Below, one piece after another: positions 36,595-50,351 of a stretch of 64,000 nt of DNA (positions within the stretch are counted from its first letter, which is position 1; every line of letters starts with the position of its first letter). Origin of the DNA: Mobula hypostoma (lineage: Eukaryota); assembly GCF_963921235.1 (NCBI RefSeq), contig NC_086121.1, positions 20,894,001-20,958,000 of the forward strand, written 5' to 3'. The notes under the pieces are model-generated. The model was given only the letters and a program-made list of their open reading frames with translations. It searched no databases and was not told the origin of the DNA. Both the position numbers and the translations under genes were made by a program.

Positions 36595-38522
36595 GTAAGA
36601 ATATATAGTGTGTCTTGCAGTATTTAATGGAACACTTACATTGAGAAAGCTTTATAACTAGTGTGCACACTTCGCAGTTTCTTGGTTTAGGTGTGAGAAT
36701 ATTCATAACAATTATCACTAGACATGATTTTGTGAGGAGACTCTAAGCCATGAGGATGAAAATGTGTTTGTATTGTTGTATGTTTGGAATTATTGTTATA
36801 GAGTGATAGAGTTACAGAGTACAGAAATGGGCCTTTCAGCCCATTGAGTGTACGATGAACATTGTGCCAATCTATCCTAATTCCAGTTGGCTGTGTTGAG
36901 TCCACATTCCTCTCTGCCTTGCTGATTCTGTCCAAATATCTGTTAAATGTTGGAGCTGCAGGATGGATGGGTCGAGTATGGATTTTTGGAGGGGTAGATT
37001 AAAAGAAGATTTGAAGAGAGATTTGTGGAGCGTGCCTGAGAGAGAATTAAAAACATCAGCAAAGAATCTAGGAAGAAATGTAGAGTACTGAACAGCTTGA
37101 ATAGAATAAGACTAAAATTGCCGTGGATTAGCTTCATGGAGAATGTGAAGGAAAATTAGGATGCAATGTAAATGTAGATTAGAATTCAAAGGCAAGGCAG
37201 AGATCCATTGGGGAACTTTGGACTAGATAAGGGGAGAGAAATGGTAAAGGTAACTTCATGTATGGCATTGAATCGTGTGACAAAAGTATTTAGATCCTTA
37301 ATCTTTAGGAGTGAAGGTGGAGAAAGGCAGAGGAGTATGATTTGTAGTGAAGAAAGTGGGTTATTTTTCATTCCTTGTAAAATAATGATCAGCTTTAGAA
37401 ATGCTTGTAGTTCAGTTAAATCTGAGAATGGATGGTGATACTTGGATCTGTGACCCTTGGACCCAAGGGACTGTGAAGAAAGGAAGGACACACAGAAGGA
37501 GTGAGTGACGAGGTTAAAAGAGGATACAAAGTCAGTGCAAATGATAGAAAAGGGGAAATTTATCAGATTGGAGCTGAGATTTCTCATGTGCCCATACATG
37601 CCAATCGTGGGATCATTTGGAATTTAGAAGTATCGTATTAGGTCTCTATTTATTTTTTTGGACTACATACTGGAAAAAAATGGTTTGAGAAAGGGAAGGA
37701 GAGTGATATATGGAAATAGTCAGAACTGCCTTATTAATTTGGTTACAAGGACAGTATGGACAGTTATGTTGGCAGAGGCTGTGAGTTTGATGACCCTTCA
37801 TCTTTCTAAATTTTCAGACTGCTTTGCAGACATCCGGAAATGTTATCCAATTAAACATTTGAAGAATTGAAGCTATGGGCATTAGACCACATTCTATATC
37901 GTGTCCCTGCCACAAGTTCCATCCCAATCAATGCAACTATCTGAAACTCAACTAGTTCTTCATGTTGTCTATGGCGTGTTGACCTGAAAAGTGTTTTGGA
38001 CCTTTTACCCATGACGTCACTGAAACTGTCTGCTTTCACTTCTATAACATCCCCTTCAGCCCATCTTTGACTAGTTAAACAATACCATGAAATTCTCATT
38101 CTTGTTTATAGATTCTTCTAGTCACTATTACTTTACAATTTCCTTCAGCTCTGTAACTCCCCAAGATATCTATGCTTCTCTGATTTGGGTCTACAGAGTA
38201 TTCCTGCATTCTGTCTACCACTTGCTGCCGTTTAGTTGGCAAGTCCCTTCAAAAACTCACACCTTTCACCTCTCTTTCCTCCCAAAAGCATACTCTTTAA
38301 CTAATCTTTGAAGATGTGCCTTCATATCTCCTATTTTTTTTTGTTTTATATTGCTTCTAAAAAATGTAGCTTAAATTATCAAGCTTAAGTCATGTTCTCA
38401 CCAGTCATTACTTGTGCTGCTCTTAAATTTCTAAGTAGGATTTAAGTAAAAACATATGTTTTGACATTGATTTAAAAGTTATCCATTTTTCCATTTTCTT
38501 TCCTCTCTCTCTCTTCAATCAG

Positions 38523-38684
38523 GAAACTGGATTAAGTTCTCTTCATGTTTTCAATCCAATCTTTGGAAAGCGGAGTCAGATCAATCCACCAACTTTGACC
38601 CGCCCTATTCTTCAGTCTTTGCTGCTTCCAATTGTGGATCAGGATTATGCGAAAGTCCTGCTTCTAATTGATGATGAGCATAAG
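38523..38684 (+). CDS. EMC1: EMC1 exon 15
   Basis: [16 protein letters not shown]...[16 protein letters not shown]; 162 nt. Confidence 0.97.
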
Positions 38685-38841
38685 GTAATGCTAAATCTCA
38701 TTGTGATAGTGGGTTAATTGGACTGATTCTTCTTTTTGTCATTGATATTGTTGTTGATTGTGATGTATTGCAAGATATTAAATTGTCGTTCAGCTGATCT
38801 TATTAGAAAGCTGTTTTCATATATTAATTCAGAATAAAATA

Positions 38842-39366
38842 CATCCGGTGGCCACTTTAAGAGGCCGCTGAGTGTATGTTTGTGATTTTCTACTACTGTT
38901 GCCCATTCACTTCAAGGTTCGCCATGTTGTGCATTAAGAGATGCTCTTCTGCACAACGCAGTTTTACTATATGGTTATTTGAGCTACTGTCACTTTTCTG
39001 TCAGTTTGAACTAGTCTGGCCATTCTCAGACCTTTCTCATTAACAAGACGTTTTCACGCACAGAACTGCCACTCTCTGGATGTTTTTTTGTGGCACTATT
39101 CTCAGTAAACTTTAGAGACTGTTGTGTTTAAGAAATCCCCAGAAGACAAAATATTTTCAAGATACTCAAACTACCCCATCTGGCACCAAATATTTCCATG
39201 GTCAAAATCACTTAGATCACACTTCTTCCTTATTCTGATAGACATCTGAACCTCTTGACCACATCTGCATGTTTTATTCATTGAATTGCTGCCAATTGAT
39301 TGGCTGATTAGATATTTACATTAATGAACAGGAGTACAGGTGTACCTAATAAAATGCCATTGATTG
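38842..39366. mobile_element. Non-autonomous Tc1/mariner remnant
   Basis: Degenerate TIRs ca..gtggccacttta / cctaataaaatgcca..tg flanked by TA; homologous to 57576-57698 + 61873-62270. Confidence 0.75.
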
Positions 39367-39564
39367 TATGTTGTTAACGGGGTTCAGTGGCACAACAGTT
39401 ACAGGACCTTGAAACCAAAAAAAAAACAGGTGCTAGAAATATGAAACCAAAACAGAAAATCATTGAGTTTGAAGAACAGAGTTAATATTTCAGAAAAATG
39501 AGTCAATGACTATTTGCCTGAATTGCATAAGAGGAAAAAGAAGTTAGATTTAAGGTGAAGGTGG

Positions 39565-40021
39565 GAAGCCTCAAAGAAGACCACAACCTTGTTGTGCATT
39601 GGGAGGCTTGCATACCTCAATGACCTGGAGAGCGATGCTGGCTGGAGTAAGGACATTGTACTTTGGCTCTTGGTAGGGTCACCCATGCCAAACATGCCAA
39701 AGGGTGGAAGCCAGACTAAGAGTGGTCCACCGGTCCTCCAGGTTCGGCTCAGGGCCAACAACCCTGACTAGTCAAAAAGAAAACTGTTATAGAAACAGCA
39801 ATGAAGAATCCCTCTGCGTCTGTGTGCGGCAGTCTTCCTGAGTCTCCACCTGGGAGTTGCGTGGCTGACAGTCGTGAAAACTGAGAGGAAGTTACTGACT
39901 CAATGTAGTAAGCCCTGAACACTGCCAAGACCAAGACCAAGACCAAAATTGGCCAAGGACAGACAGGAGGAGGACCCTCATTGCTGAACTGAACGCCAGC
40001 AGGCATAACGGGCAGTAAGTG
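39565..40021 (+). mobile_element. RTE-derived bipartite non-autonomous element
   Basis: RTE-like 5' UTR (accttgttgtg..ggcttgcatacctcaatga..ggtcacccatg) joined to an RTE-like 3' end (..gggcagtaagt). Confidence 0.55.
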
Positions 40022-40373
40022 AGAAGGCGGGAAGGCAGGGCTGTTGTGTTGATAAACTGTTGATAAAGCCATTTGCTTGGTAGAGACTACATTAGATTGA
40101 GGGACCACCTTGCACCGCACCTTCATCCTGTCCTCTGAAATGCATCTAAGCTTCCAGTTGCTTGTCATTTCAATTCTCCATCTTACTCCAACTTGGACCT
40201 ATTTGTCAGTGGTCTTTTGTGCTTTTCCACTGAGTCTGAACATAAACTTAAGAACTAAAATTTTGTCTTCCATCTGGGAATGCTGCAGTCTTCTGAACTC
40301 CTTCACTGTGATCTGTCTATTGAATATTGTTGTAAAGCAAAGAAAGATGACTGTTTTCTTTATTTCTTTGTAG

Positions 40374-40493
40374 GTTATGGTCTTCCCTTCGAGCAGAAAT
40401 ATCTTGCAGCAGCTGCAGAACTCAGCCCCTGTAATTTTTTTCTACTTGGTGGACCCTGTTTTGGGAAAGTTGAATGGATACAGTCTACACAAG
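40374..40493 (+). CDS. EMC1: EMC1 exon 16
   Basis: VMVFPSSRNILQQLQNSAPVIFFYLVDPVLGKLNGYSLHK; 120 nt. Confidence 0.93.
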
Positions 40494-40789
40494 GTGGTGT
40501 AATCGGTTTTAAACCTGTGTTTAACCAACTGAAGTGTCCAGGATCCAGGACAATGGATACATAACAGCATGTAACATATTTTGCTTTGCTGTAACTGTGC
40601 AGACATGCTAATATAGTAGATGATATAAATGAAATTAACAAAATAGCCTAATATACTGTGGTTGTTTAAAAGTTGTTTCTGGGCAGGTGAGAAGCAGTTT
40701 AGCACAATTGGGAGGCTCAGTAGCTACTTCAAGGGAGCTTTAAGAGTAACCAAATTGGTATCGGATTGATGTTGCATGTATATGTTCTA

Positions 40790-41449
40790 TATAGATTAGA
40801 TTATGAGGACACTCAGTTCTCGTTTATTGTCATTTAGAAATGCATGCATTAAAAAATGATACAATGTTCCTCCAGTGTGATATCACAGAAATACAGGACA
40901 GACCAAGACTAAAACTGACAAAACCACATAATTATAACATATAGTTACAACAGTGCAAAGCAATACCATAATTTGATAAGAGCAGACCATGAGCACAGTT
41001 TAAAAAAAAAGTCTCAAAGTCCCGATAGACTCATCATCTCACGCAGATGGTAGAAGGAAGAAAACTCTCCCTGCCATGAACCTCCAGCGCCGTAATCTTG
41101 CCGATGCAGCATCCTGGAAGCACCCGACCACAGCCGACTCTGAGTCCGTCCGAAAACTTCGAGCCTCCGACACTGAGCACCCCCTCTGCTGAGTGCTTCG
41201 ACCCCGCCCTGGCCGCTGAGCAACAGGCAAAGCCGAGGATTCGGGACCTTCCCCTCTGGAGATTTCGGATCACACAGTAGCAGCGGCAGCGAAACAGGCA
41301 TTTCAGAAGTTTCACCAGATGTTCCTCCATGCTCTCACGTCTGCCTCCATCAAATCAGAATTGTGCATGGCACCCTACTTGACAGACTACAGATATCATT
41401 CACCGGAGTGGCCGTGCGCGCATTGTTGCATCGCCATCTTCTCCTCCCC
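40790..41449 (-). mobile_element. Non-autonomous retroelement (copy B, complete)
   Basis: Homologous to 1-540; 5' GGAGAAGATGGCG, 3' AATAAA + (AATCT)n tail. Confidence 0.8.
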
Positions 41450-41750
41450 TCTGTGCAAGCAGATGGGTTAGTCTAATTTAACGGCATAGTCAGCACTGAC
41501 GTAGTAGGCCGAAGGGCCTATTCCCCGCTGTACTATATTCCAGACCAGATAAGATGGAGATTTTTTTTCTCTTCCAAAGGGTATATGTGAATTAGTTGTA
41601 TGCTTTTCAAAAATTAGTGTTAGTTTCATGGTCACTTTTACTCTTAAAAAAAAATGTCTAATTGCTCCTATCAAAATGAATTCTGATGGTTTGTTCTTAT
41701 TTTCTACCAGTGAGCAGTTCAATTATTGAATTCACTTCCTTTCCTTGCAG

Positions 41751-41888
41751 GATCTTGGAACACAAGAAATTTGGGAAGTGGTGATTCCAACAGACACACA
41801 AAAAATTGTGATTGTGAAGGGAAAGCGATCGAATGAACATGTGCACTCTCAGGGCCGAGTCATGGGGGATCGGAGCGTCCTTTATAAG
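41751..41888 (+). CDS. EMC1: EMC1 exon 17
   Basis: [13 protein letters not shown]...[24 protein letters not shown]; 138 nt. Confidence 0.97.
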
Positions 41889-42304
41889 GTACTGGCAGTA
41901 AGGATACCATACTTTTAGCTTGCCTCTGCTATAACCTTAGACATGTTAATGTCATTTTAATTTCAGTAGTAGGCAGCATTTGAATGTGCCCACAGCATGC
42001 CCTTAGTGCAGGGTATATGGTCAAATGCACGATGACTCGGGCTACAATTTAGTCCAAGTTATTTTCTCGACCTCTTATTGAAATATAGAAATCTGGCTGT
42101 AGTGAAAACCCAGGATTGTTCTGAACTGTACTCTCCTATCTCTAAATAGGAAAGTAAAAATAGATTGGCATTGCAAGTAGAAAATAATGAGCAAAATGGG
42201 GAAGGATCTTTTAACTGTAACAATGCATTATAACTATTATACATTGTTTTTATTGAAACATTTAATTTCCAACTGTTTTCTGATGTCTGAGTCTTGTTTT
42301 CCAG

Positions 42305-42478
42305 TATCTGAATCCTAACTTACTGGCAGTGGTGTCTGAGAGCACAGATACGCACCATGAACGTGCCTTCATTTGCGTCTACCTTATTGATGGGGTGACT
42401 GGAAGAATCATTCACGAATCTGTGCAGCGGAAAGCAAGGGGACCTGTTAATGTTGTGCATTCAGAGAACTGGGTAGTG
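42305..42478 (+). CDS. EMC1: EMC1 exon 18
   Basis: [20 protein letters not shown]...VVHSENWVV; 174 nt. Confidence 0.97.
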
Positions 42479-42851
42479 GTAAGGATGGAGAATATAGTAA
42501 ATTGGGGGACTAGTTCATCTTCCACAACAAGCCTGTCATAGCCATTCAAATTTCACCCTCCAAGTATTTTTGCTTCACTGCTCCTTCATCTTTCTCCTTT
42601 CATAATACCTCTGATTTCCTTTGCGTATATATAGCAATATGTATCTATATGTGATGTATGCTGTAGAAGCAAAAAAAGTTAAATTGGCGTGTTAGTTGGT
42701 TGCAGTGGGCGTTAGAATGGAGTTCAATCCAGACTTCAACTGAGATCCAGCTGAGTATGTTTCCAGTAAGAATTTCTAAATAATGATTTAAAATGGATAA
42801 AAATGATGAATGATCAGTTTGATATCTGGATTTGGAATAAAACATCGTTGT

Positions 42852-42907
42852 ACGTTTTTAATCTTTTGATTCTATATACACGTTTTTAATCTTTTGATTC
42901 TACATAC
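42852..42907. repeat. 28-bp tandem duplication
   Basis: acgtttttaatcttttgattcta(t/c)atac x2. Confidence 0.9.
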
Positions 42908-43236
42908 AAGTTTTCAAGTAAGGAAGTGTTTTGTTACTGAAATGCAACACTTGTTTGTGCATTAAGTTCTGATTTGTGTGTGAGCGGCACCTGAGTCTTA
43001 GCCGTGAGTGTGATTTTTCTACCATCAGTGGACACAAGACCTTTTTGGAATGAATACTACGTTGGGTGCTCGATCTCATTCGTTCACCTTCACCTGCTTT
43101 CAGTTGTTTCTCGTGAGCTGTTTGTTCTCTTCGACTGTTTCTTTGCTACGGTTAAATTAGCTTCTTGTGTCTGTCTATACTGGACTTGTAATGCATGACT
43201 CATTCCTAACTCTTTTGTCTGCTGTTCCTTTGCTAG

Positions 43237-43447
43237 TACAAGTATTGGAATACAAAATCCCGAAGGAATGAGATGACCGTTTTGGAACTATATGAGGGAA
43301 CAGAGCAATACAACAGCACAGCGTTCAGTTCACTTGACCGTCCTTTCTCTCCCATCATCTTTCAGCAGTCGTATATATTTCCATCAGCCATCAGTCTGGT
43401 GGAATCCACAATCACAGAGAAAGGGATCACTAGTCGCCACCTGCTGA
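43237..43447 (+). CDS. EMC1: EMC1 exon 19
   Basis: [21 protein letters not shown]...[13 protein letters not shown]; 211 nt. Confidence 0.97.
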
Positions 43448-43594
43448 GTAAGAGGAAGACCTTTCTTGGTCATGCAATGGGGAGGGGAGCTGCAGAGTGG
43501 GGCCTCTCCGTTCTGGGCTGATGGGACACAAGACAGGCACAGACACTGTGCTATATGTCATGCTGAATGCTTGATTTTTTTGGATTATTTGTTA

Positions 43595-43883
43595 TTTATT
43601 TCTTGAGATACAGCAAAGAATACGTCCTTCCGGCCTTCAAGCTAAACACCGTGCCACCCAGCAACTCCCGAATAAACCCTAGCCTAATCACGGGACAACT
43701 TACAATGAACAATTCACATACTAACCAATACATCTTTGACTGTGGGAGGAAATGGGAGCACCAGGAGGAAACCCACGCAGTCACGGGGAGAACATACAAA
43801 CTCCTTACAGACAGTGGCGGAAATTGAACCCGGTTCAGTGGTAGTGTAAAGCGTGTTAACCACTACACTACTGTGCTGCCCCA
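43595..43883 (-). mobile_element. tRNA-derived V-SINE (HE1-like)
   Basis: A box tagtgtagtgg, B box gggttcaatttcc, V-domain gagtttgtatgttctccccgtgactgcgtgggtttcctcc, CR1-like tail. Confidence 0.85.
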
Positions 43884-44159
43884 AAAAAGTCAAGCATTCC
43901 ATAAATTAAATTGCCAGTTTTATGGTTATTGATTTGTTATTTGCTGATTTTTGAACTCCTCTAACATATCTTAAATTTCTGCATGTTGCTAATGGTTTAT
44001 TTGCTACAGTCGGCATATTGTGATAGCAGACCCAAGGAATGAGTGCAGAAGTGATTTGTAGGGACTGTCTCGAGATTGATTGACTTTTGTTACAGGAAGA
44101 AATAAATGGATGGATGCATAGTGGAGTTTAGAAATAATTGAAAGGTCTTATAAAGCAAA

Positions 44160-45410
44160 GTAGGCTAAACTTGCTAGCATCATTGTCCATTCAGAAATCT
44201 GATGGTAGCAATGAGAAGAGGGGGGTGTCCTGGGTAATGGTAGGGTTGAGGGGGGGGGGAATTGTCCTTAGTGATAGATGCCACCTTTTTGAGGCATTGC
44301 CTTTTGAAGATGCCCTCTGCTGGGGATGGAGCTGCCCGGGTTAGCAACTTTCCAATCCTGTGCAGTGGCTCTCCATACCAGACTGCAATGCCACCAGTTA
44401 GCCTATTCTCCACAGTACATCTGTAGAAATTTCCTAGAGCCTTTGGTGAAATATCAAGTCTTCTCAGACTCCTCATGAAATGTAGCAGCTGTCGTACTCT
44501 CTGTGTAATTGCATCAGTATGATAGGCCCAGGACAGATCTTCAGAGATGTTAACACCCACGAACTTGAAGCTGCTCACCCTTCCAATGCTGATCCCTCGA
44601 TGAGGACTGGTATGTGTTCCCTCGACTTCCCCTTCCTGAAGTCTGCAGTCACTTCCTTGGTCTTACTGACACTGAGTTGTTGTGGAGCCACTCAGCTAGC
44701 TCATCTGTCTCACTTCTGTACGTCTCCTCGTCACTCTGTGAAATTATGCCAACTATGGTTTTGTGATTAGCAAATTTATAGCTGGTGTTTGAGCTGTGCC
44801 TAGCCACACAGTCATGGGTATAGATAGTAGAGCAGTGGGCTAAGGACACATCCTTGAGGTGCACTGGCGTTGACTGTCAGTGATTGTACGGATGATTTAA
44901 ACGCCGGGCCGATGGATTGAACAGGTAGTGGGTCGGGACTGGATGTGAGGGTTGAGCCAGTTCTGCTCACTGCTCTGTGACATTTGCTCTGCTCTTCGCT
45001 GTGATGAGGCTGTGTGCCTGCTTTGGCTGCTCCATGCTTTGTGTCTGCAAGCTCCGCGACCTTTACTCTGCTGTGTGCCTTTCCGGGCTTTGTGTCTATG
45101 GACTCACTTTCATTCTGAATGCTTTTTGCTTGCTTTTACTGTTTGCACAATTTGTTTTTTTTTTCTCTCTGCACGTTGAGTTTGTTGGATTTTGTTTTAT
45201 AATGGGTTCTTTTGGGTTTTTTCTCTTGCGACTGCTCGTGAGGAGACAAATCTCGAGGTTGTATAAAGTATTGCATACTTTGATAATAAATGTACTTTGA
45301 GGAGGAGGTGTTATTTCCAATCTGCACTGACTCTCTCCTGATAAGGAAGTCAAGGATTGAGTTGCAGAGAAGGTACAGAGGCTTTAGTTTTGTGGCTTTA
45401 GAGCGCAAGT
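44160..45410 (-). mobile_element. Rex1/Babar RT fragment with a nested SINE-like element (~44884-45300, +)
   Basis: YTHDCVARHSSN..KFAN, FKFVGVNISEDLSW, LGNFYRCTVE. Confidence 0.82.
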
Positions 45411-45548
45411 ATTGATGAGATAGGCTGAATGAATCTCTGGTGGCAATAGGATGCTACCATTCTATATACCAGTGAATGATGGATTTGGATTGACTCATTG
45501 TGTCCCCAGTTAATCTTTCATTCTAATCAGTACTTTCCTGTCTGTCAG

Positions 45549-45633
45549 TTGCATTGCACTCTGGAGGAATTCTTTCTTTACCAAAAGCATTTTTGGATCC
45601 TCGGCGGCCAGAAGTTCCATCAGAGCAAAGCCG
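45549..45633 (+). CDS. EMC1: EMC1 exon 20
   Basis: (I)[27 protein letters not shown]; 85 nt. Confidence 0.96.
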
Positions 45634-46377
45634 GTAAGTTGACACACTCCCATTTTTGATACAGGAAATGTGTTCAGTTGATCAGGTAGACCCCGCAGAG
45701 ATTTGTGAAGATGGGTCACAACAGAAGAACTTTTTTTGAAGATTATTGAGAAGTACCTTGGAGAATATTCACAGCTGTTGATCATCTTTAGATCAAAAAA
45801 GGATTTGGCAATGTCCTCATGAGATGAAGTTTGCTAATGCTAGAACTTGATGTGGGGGTGGTTGAAGACGATTTATTGATGTGGCTAGTTAGTTGGTTGA
45901 ATGGCAGGAGGGATGATTGGCAGGATGTCATCAGTGGGATCTCTCAAGGGTCCATGTTACAGCAATAACTATTCACCATGTCTTTGACACTAGTTCATAT
46001 CCGAATTTATCAATGGCAATATTCAAGGCAGCATTAACTTACAAAGCGATAAATGATAAAACCAGCCACGTCATGTGTGTACCTAAAAAGGACAGAATAT
46101 TATACCTGGTAGATGGTAAAATTATCAAAGCTGAAGTCCAAAGAAATTGAAAGGTCTTGGTATGTAGATTATTAGCAGGCGAAGAAGATAATGAATGCTG
46201 ACCATTATATCTTAAGGACAGGAGACAGAGCTCGTTCTTTAGCTATAAATGTGCTGATTAGCACACATTTAGAATCTCGTTTAAAAATACTTCCTGGAAT
46301 TTAGGAGCGTGGCATGGATCTGAGAGATGGTTTCAGGGTATTAATTAAAGTGATTTAGGCTAGATAGAGATAACTAT

Positions 46378-46545
46378 TTGGGCCAAGACCCTTCATCAGC
46401 TTCCCTTCAATGGTCCTGATGAAGGGTCTCAGCCTGAAACATTGACTGTTTTTCCCTTACATTGATGCTGTCTTACTTGATGAGTTTCTCCAACTTTTCG
46501 TGTGTATTGCTCAAGATTTCCAGCACCTGCAGGATCTCTTGTATT
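46378..46545 (+). mobile_element. Old mini Penelope with 5' inversion, degenerate hammerhead
   Basis: gacccttcatcag ... ctgatgaagggtc inverted pair; ..cagcacctgcagga terminus. Confidence 0.7.
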
Positions 46546-46895
46546 AAAGATAACAATTTCTGCTGATTGGGATGATCTGGGAATAGTGGGCAATAGACTA
46601 AATATTAGAATTGGGTTTTCAGAAGTGAAATTAGGATTCATGTGTATGTGAATGAGGTAGTCAGAAATGGGACCCTTTCTGAAAGCAGGAATTATTGTTG
46701 ATTGAATATTAATATCAGATTTTTAGCCAAGGCATTAAGAGATGTGGAGAACTGTTCACAGATCAAGAGTGATATCATTGAATGGTAGAAGTTACCCCCG
46801 TTCCTGTCCTGCTATTTTTAACCTGTCATAGTGCTTTGTAACTCAAGAATTTTAAGTCATTTTTTACTTTAACCACTTATTATTTTCTCTTTCAG

Positions 46896-47025
46896 AGAGG
46901 AGAATTTGATTCCTTATGCTCCTGAACTACCAATCCGATCAGAATGGTATATCAACTACAATCAGTCTGTTTCCAGAGTACGGGGGATTTACACAGCTCC
47001 ATCTGGTCTGGAGTCCACTTGCCTT
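46896..47025 (+). CDS. EMC1: EMC1 exon 21
   Basis: (R)[43 protein letters not shown]; 130 nt. Confidence 0.97.
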
Positions 47026-47894
47026 GTGAGTGTGCAGCAGCCTTCTGTCTGTCAGTCTTTGACAGCACATATCACTAAGGACAATCAGTGATGACCATTA
47101 ATGCCTTTGAGTCTGGTTCTATTGTAGCCAGCCACGGAACCAGTTTATTGTACTGGTTGATCTGGTGCATGTGGTGCATGGCTGCCAAACTGCAGTTTAC
47201 TGTGTGTTAGTGAAAACTAGCAATTTAAGAATTATAAAGGACCCAGATCCGTTCAAGTGCTGAAGGTTTATTCAATCAAGAGAACAGAGGAAAGCATCCA
47301 TTATTGTACCTTCTAGTTAATCTCCAGCTTTTACAGATGAATAATTTTAACAATTGATTACATAGATACTCAGCTAGCTGCCTAATAAGGTATAGTGAAA
47401 GAATTTAACCACCTTCTAACAGATGATAGATAGTTCTGGGATGTCTGTCTCATCTTATTCACCAGACACCCTGCTCACTGACTCTGAGCCAAACCAATGG
47501 CTGTTAGTATACATTAACCTTGTTTATCTGCTTGACAGGCAGGGGCCCAACTAGTCAGTTCTGTCTGAGACCACAGAAATGGAATGTGATCGTGTCCCAA
47601 TGCGTGACTGTCCTCCATTCTGTAACACGTACTTGTGCATTACTACTTGTACAAATATTGCAGTGTTGTTTTTGCCTTAGCAATCAGTCACACTGTTAGT
47701 TTCTTATTGCCTACTTTTGTTAACAGCATCACTCTTAAATCCATAGGGTAAATAGAATATTGTGAGCACTTGATATCAAAGGCAGCTTTATGTTAGATAG
47801 TCTACAAACAAACACTATGCCATGTGTTATGTATATCTATTTATTTTATTGCTTGGCTGAAATCACTTGGCCACATCTGAATATAGGGACTTTT

Positions 47895-49200
47895 ATAAGA
47901 CATAGGAGTAGAATCAGGCCATTCGGCCCTTTGAGTATACTCTGCCATTTCATCATGGCCAATCCATTTCCCTCTTAACCCCATTCTCGCCTTCTCCCTA
48001 TAACCTTTAATGCCCTGCCTAATCAAGAACATATCACTGTCTGCTTTAAATGTACCCAGTGACTTAGCCTCCACAGCAGACTGAGGCAATGAATTCCACA
48101 GATTTTCCATCCCCTGGCTAACGAAATTCCTCCTTACCTCTAGCCTGAAAAGACATTCTTCTATTCTGAGTCTGTACTCTCTGGTCCTAGACTCACCCAC
48201 CAAAGGAAACACCTTCACCTTCATCTTGGACTTTCAACATTCAATCCCCCCGTCATTCTTCTAAGTTCCAACTAGTACAGGCCCAAATCACTGCTCAAAT
48301 GATAACCCTTTCATTCCTGGAATCATTCTTATGAACCTCCTCTGAACCTTCTCCAATGTCAGCACATCCTTTCTTGAATAAGTGGTCCAAAACTGCTCAC
48401 AATACTCCAAGTGAGGTCTCACCAGTGCCTTTTACAGCCTCAGCATTACATCTTTGCATTTGTATTCTAGTCCTCTTGAAATGAATGCTAACATTGCATT
48501 TGCCTTACCACCAATTCGACCTGCAAACTAACCTTTAAGGAATCCTGTGTAAGCATTTCCAAATCCCTTTGCATCTCATATTTTTGAATTTTCTCCCCGT
48601 TAAGAAAATAGTCTATGTTCTTGTTCCTTCTACCAAAGTGCATAACTATACACTTCCTGACAGTGTATTTCATCTGCCACTTCTTTGCCCATTCTCCTAA
48701 TCTGTCTAAGTCCTGCAGCCTCTGCTTCTTTAACACTACCTGTTCCTCCGCCTATCTTTGTATTATCCACAAACTTGACCACAAAGCAATGAATTCCATC
48801 ATCCAAATCATTGACATACAATGTAACAAGAAGTTGTCCCAACACAGACCCCTGCGGAACACCAGTAGTCACTGGCAGCCAGTCCGAAAAGGATCCCCTT
48901 TTCCCATTCTTTGCCTCCTGCCAATCAGCCAATGCTCTATTCATGCCAGTACGTTTCCTGATATACCCCGAGCTTTTATTTTGTTTGGCAGCCTCGTGTG
49001 GCACCTTGTCAAAGGCCTTATGAAAATCCAAGTACACAACATCCACCAATTCTCCTTTGTCTATCCTGGTTGGGGATTCAAAGAATTCCAACAGGTTTGT
49101 CAGGCAAGATTTTCCTTAAGGAAACCATGCTGACTTTGGCCTGTTTTGTCATATGCCTTTCAAGTACCCCGAAACCACATCCTTAACAATCAACTCCAAC
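47895..49200 (-). mobile_element. CR1 LINE RT fragment
   Basis: VDVVYLDFHKAFDKVPH, GVPQGSVLG, KFVDNTK. Confidence 0.92.
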
Positions 49201-49476
49201 TTCATAATGTTTCAGACTCTATTCCTAGCACTGTAATCTTCAATAACTTGCCTAAATTGGGATTTCAGTAGCATACACAATTACTGCAGATTATTCCATT
49301 TTACAGCTAATGGTGGAACTCCTCAATCATACAGGTAGATGCTGTGTGTTTCTTGTCCAGGCATGATCAAGACCTTGAAAGAAAACAAGTAATTAGTGCA
49401 ACCATTCCTTGGAAGGGCTGAGCCCAACAGGAGCTTTGTTATAGTGGGAAGAGAATCACTGGCACCCTAGATCTAA

Positions 49477-49686
<210 letters not shown>

Positions 49687-50345
49687 ATGTCATCACATTA
49701 TAAGAATATAGTTGTCTCCTCGTTGAGTGGAGCCGAAGATGGGTGCAACCTTAATAAGGACACAAATGTTCTTATGCCCATGTACATACTATGTATATTT
49801 TTGGTAACACACTCTCAGTTGGAAACAGAGTGACGGACACTTTCACGAGCAGATTTTATGAAAAGTTGGTTTCATTGTTGTAAAAATTAATTTGTATCTA
49901 TTGATCAGAATTTTTTTGAGATGAATGGTATTTTTGTTCATGTAAAATGGCTAGGAGATGAAAGGGGAACTTTTGAAGGTAATGTGTAACAATTAATGAC
50001 TGCTGAATTTGAATGTTTCCTGGTGCTCTGCTTTTAATCTTTAGCCTTTGCTGCATTTTTAGAACTGGTTGATACTTTATTTGAAGATGGATGTTGCCTC
50101 TAGCTCAGGTTCCCTATAAATATGAATGCTGGACACTAGCTTCATTGTCCCTCATTGGACAGAAAACCTTGGTCTTTTTGTCTAACGTTCTGACAATGTT
50201 CCTTCAGTCTAATTCTCATCTGTGAGGCAGGATACACACTGTTTTGGTAAGAGCTGAGTTCACCATGCCACTAGGTGATGTTGTCTTCCCCGTAACACCA
50301 TCCACCCTTCAGCATCATCTGCAATCCCAAAACAATTAATTGGAT

Positions 50346-50351
50346 AATAAA
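50346..50351 (+). terminator. Candidate EMC1 polyadenylation signal (others: ATTAAA ~50928, AATAAA 52270)
   Basis: First AATAAA noticed downstream of the EMC1 stop. Confidence 0.35.

Noticed and set aside
43820-43883. tRNA gene
   Set aside because: The A/B boxes belong to the tRNA-derived head of a V-SINE; no proper cloverleaf
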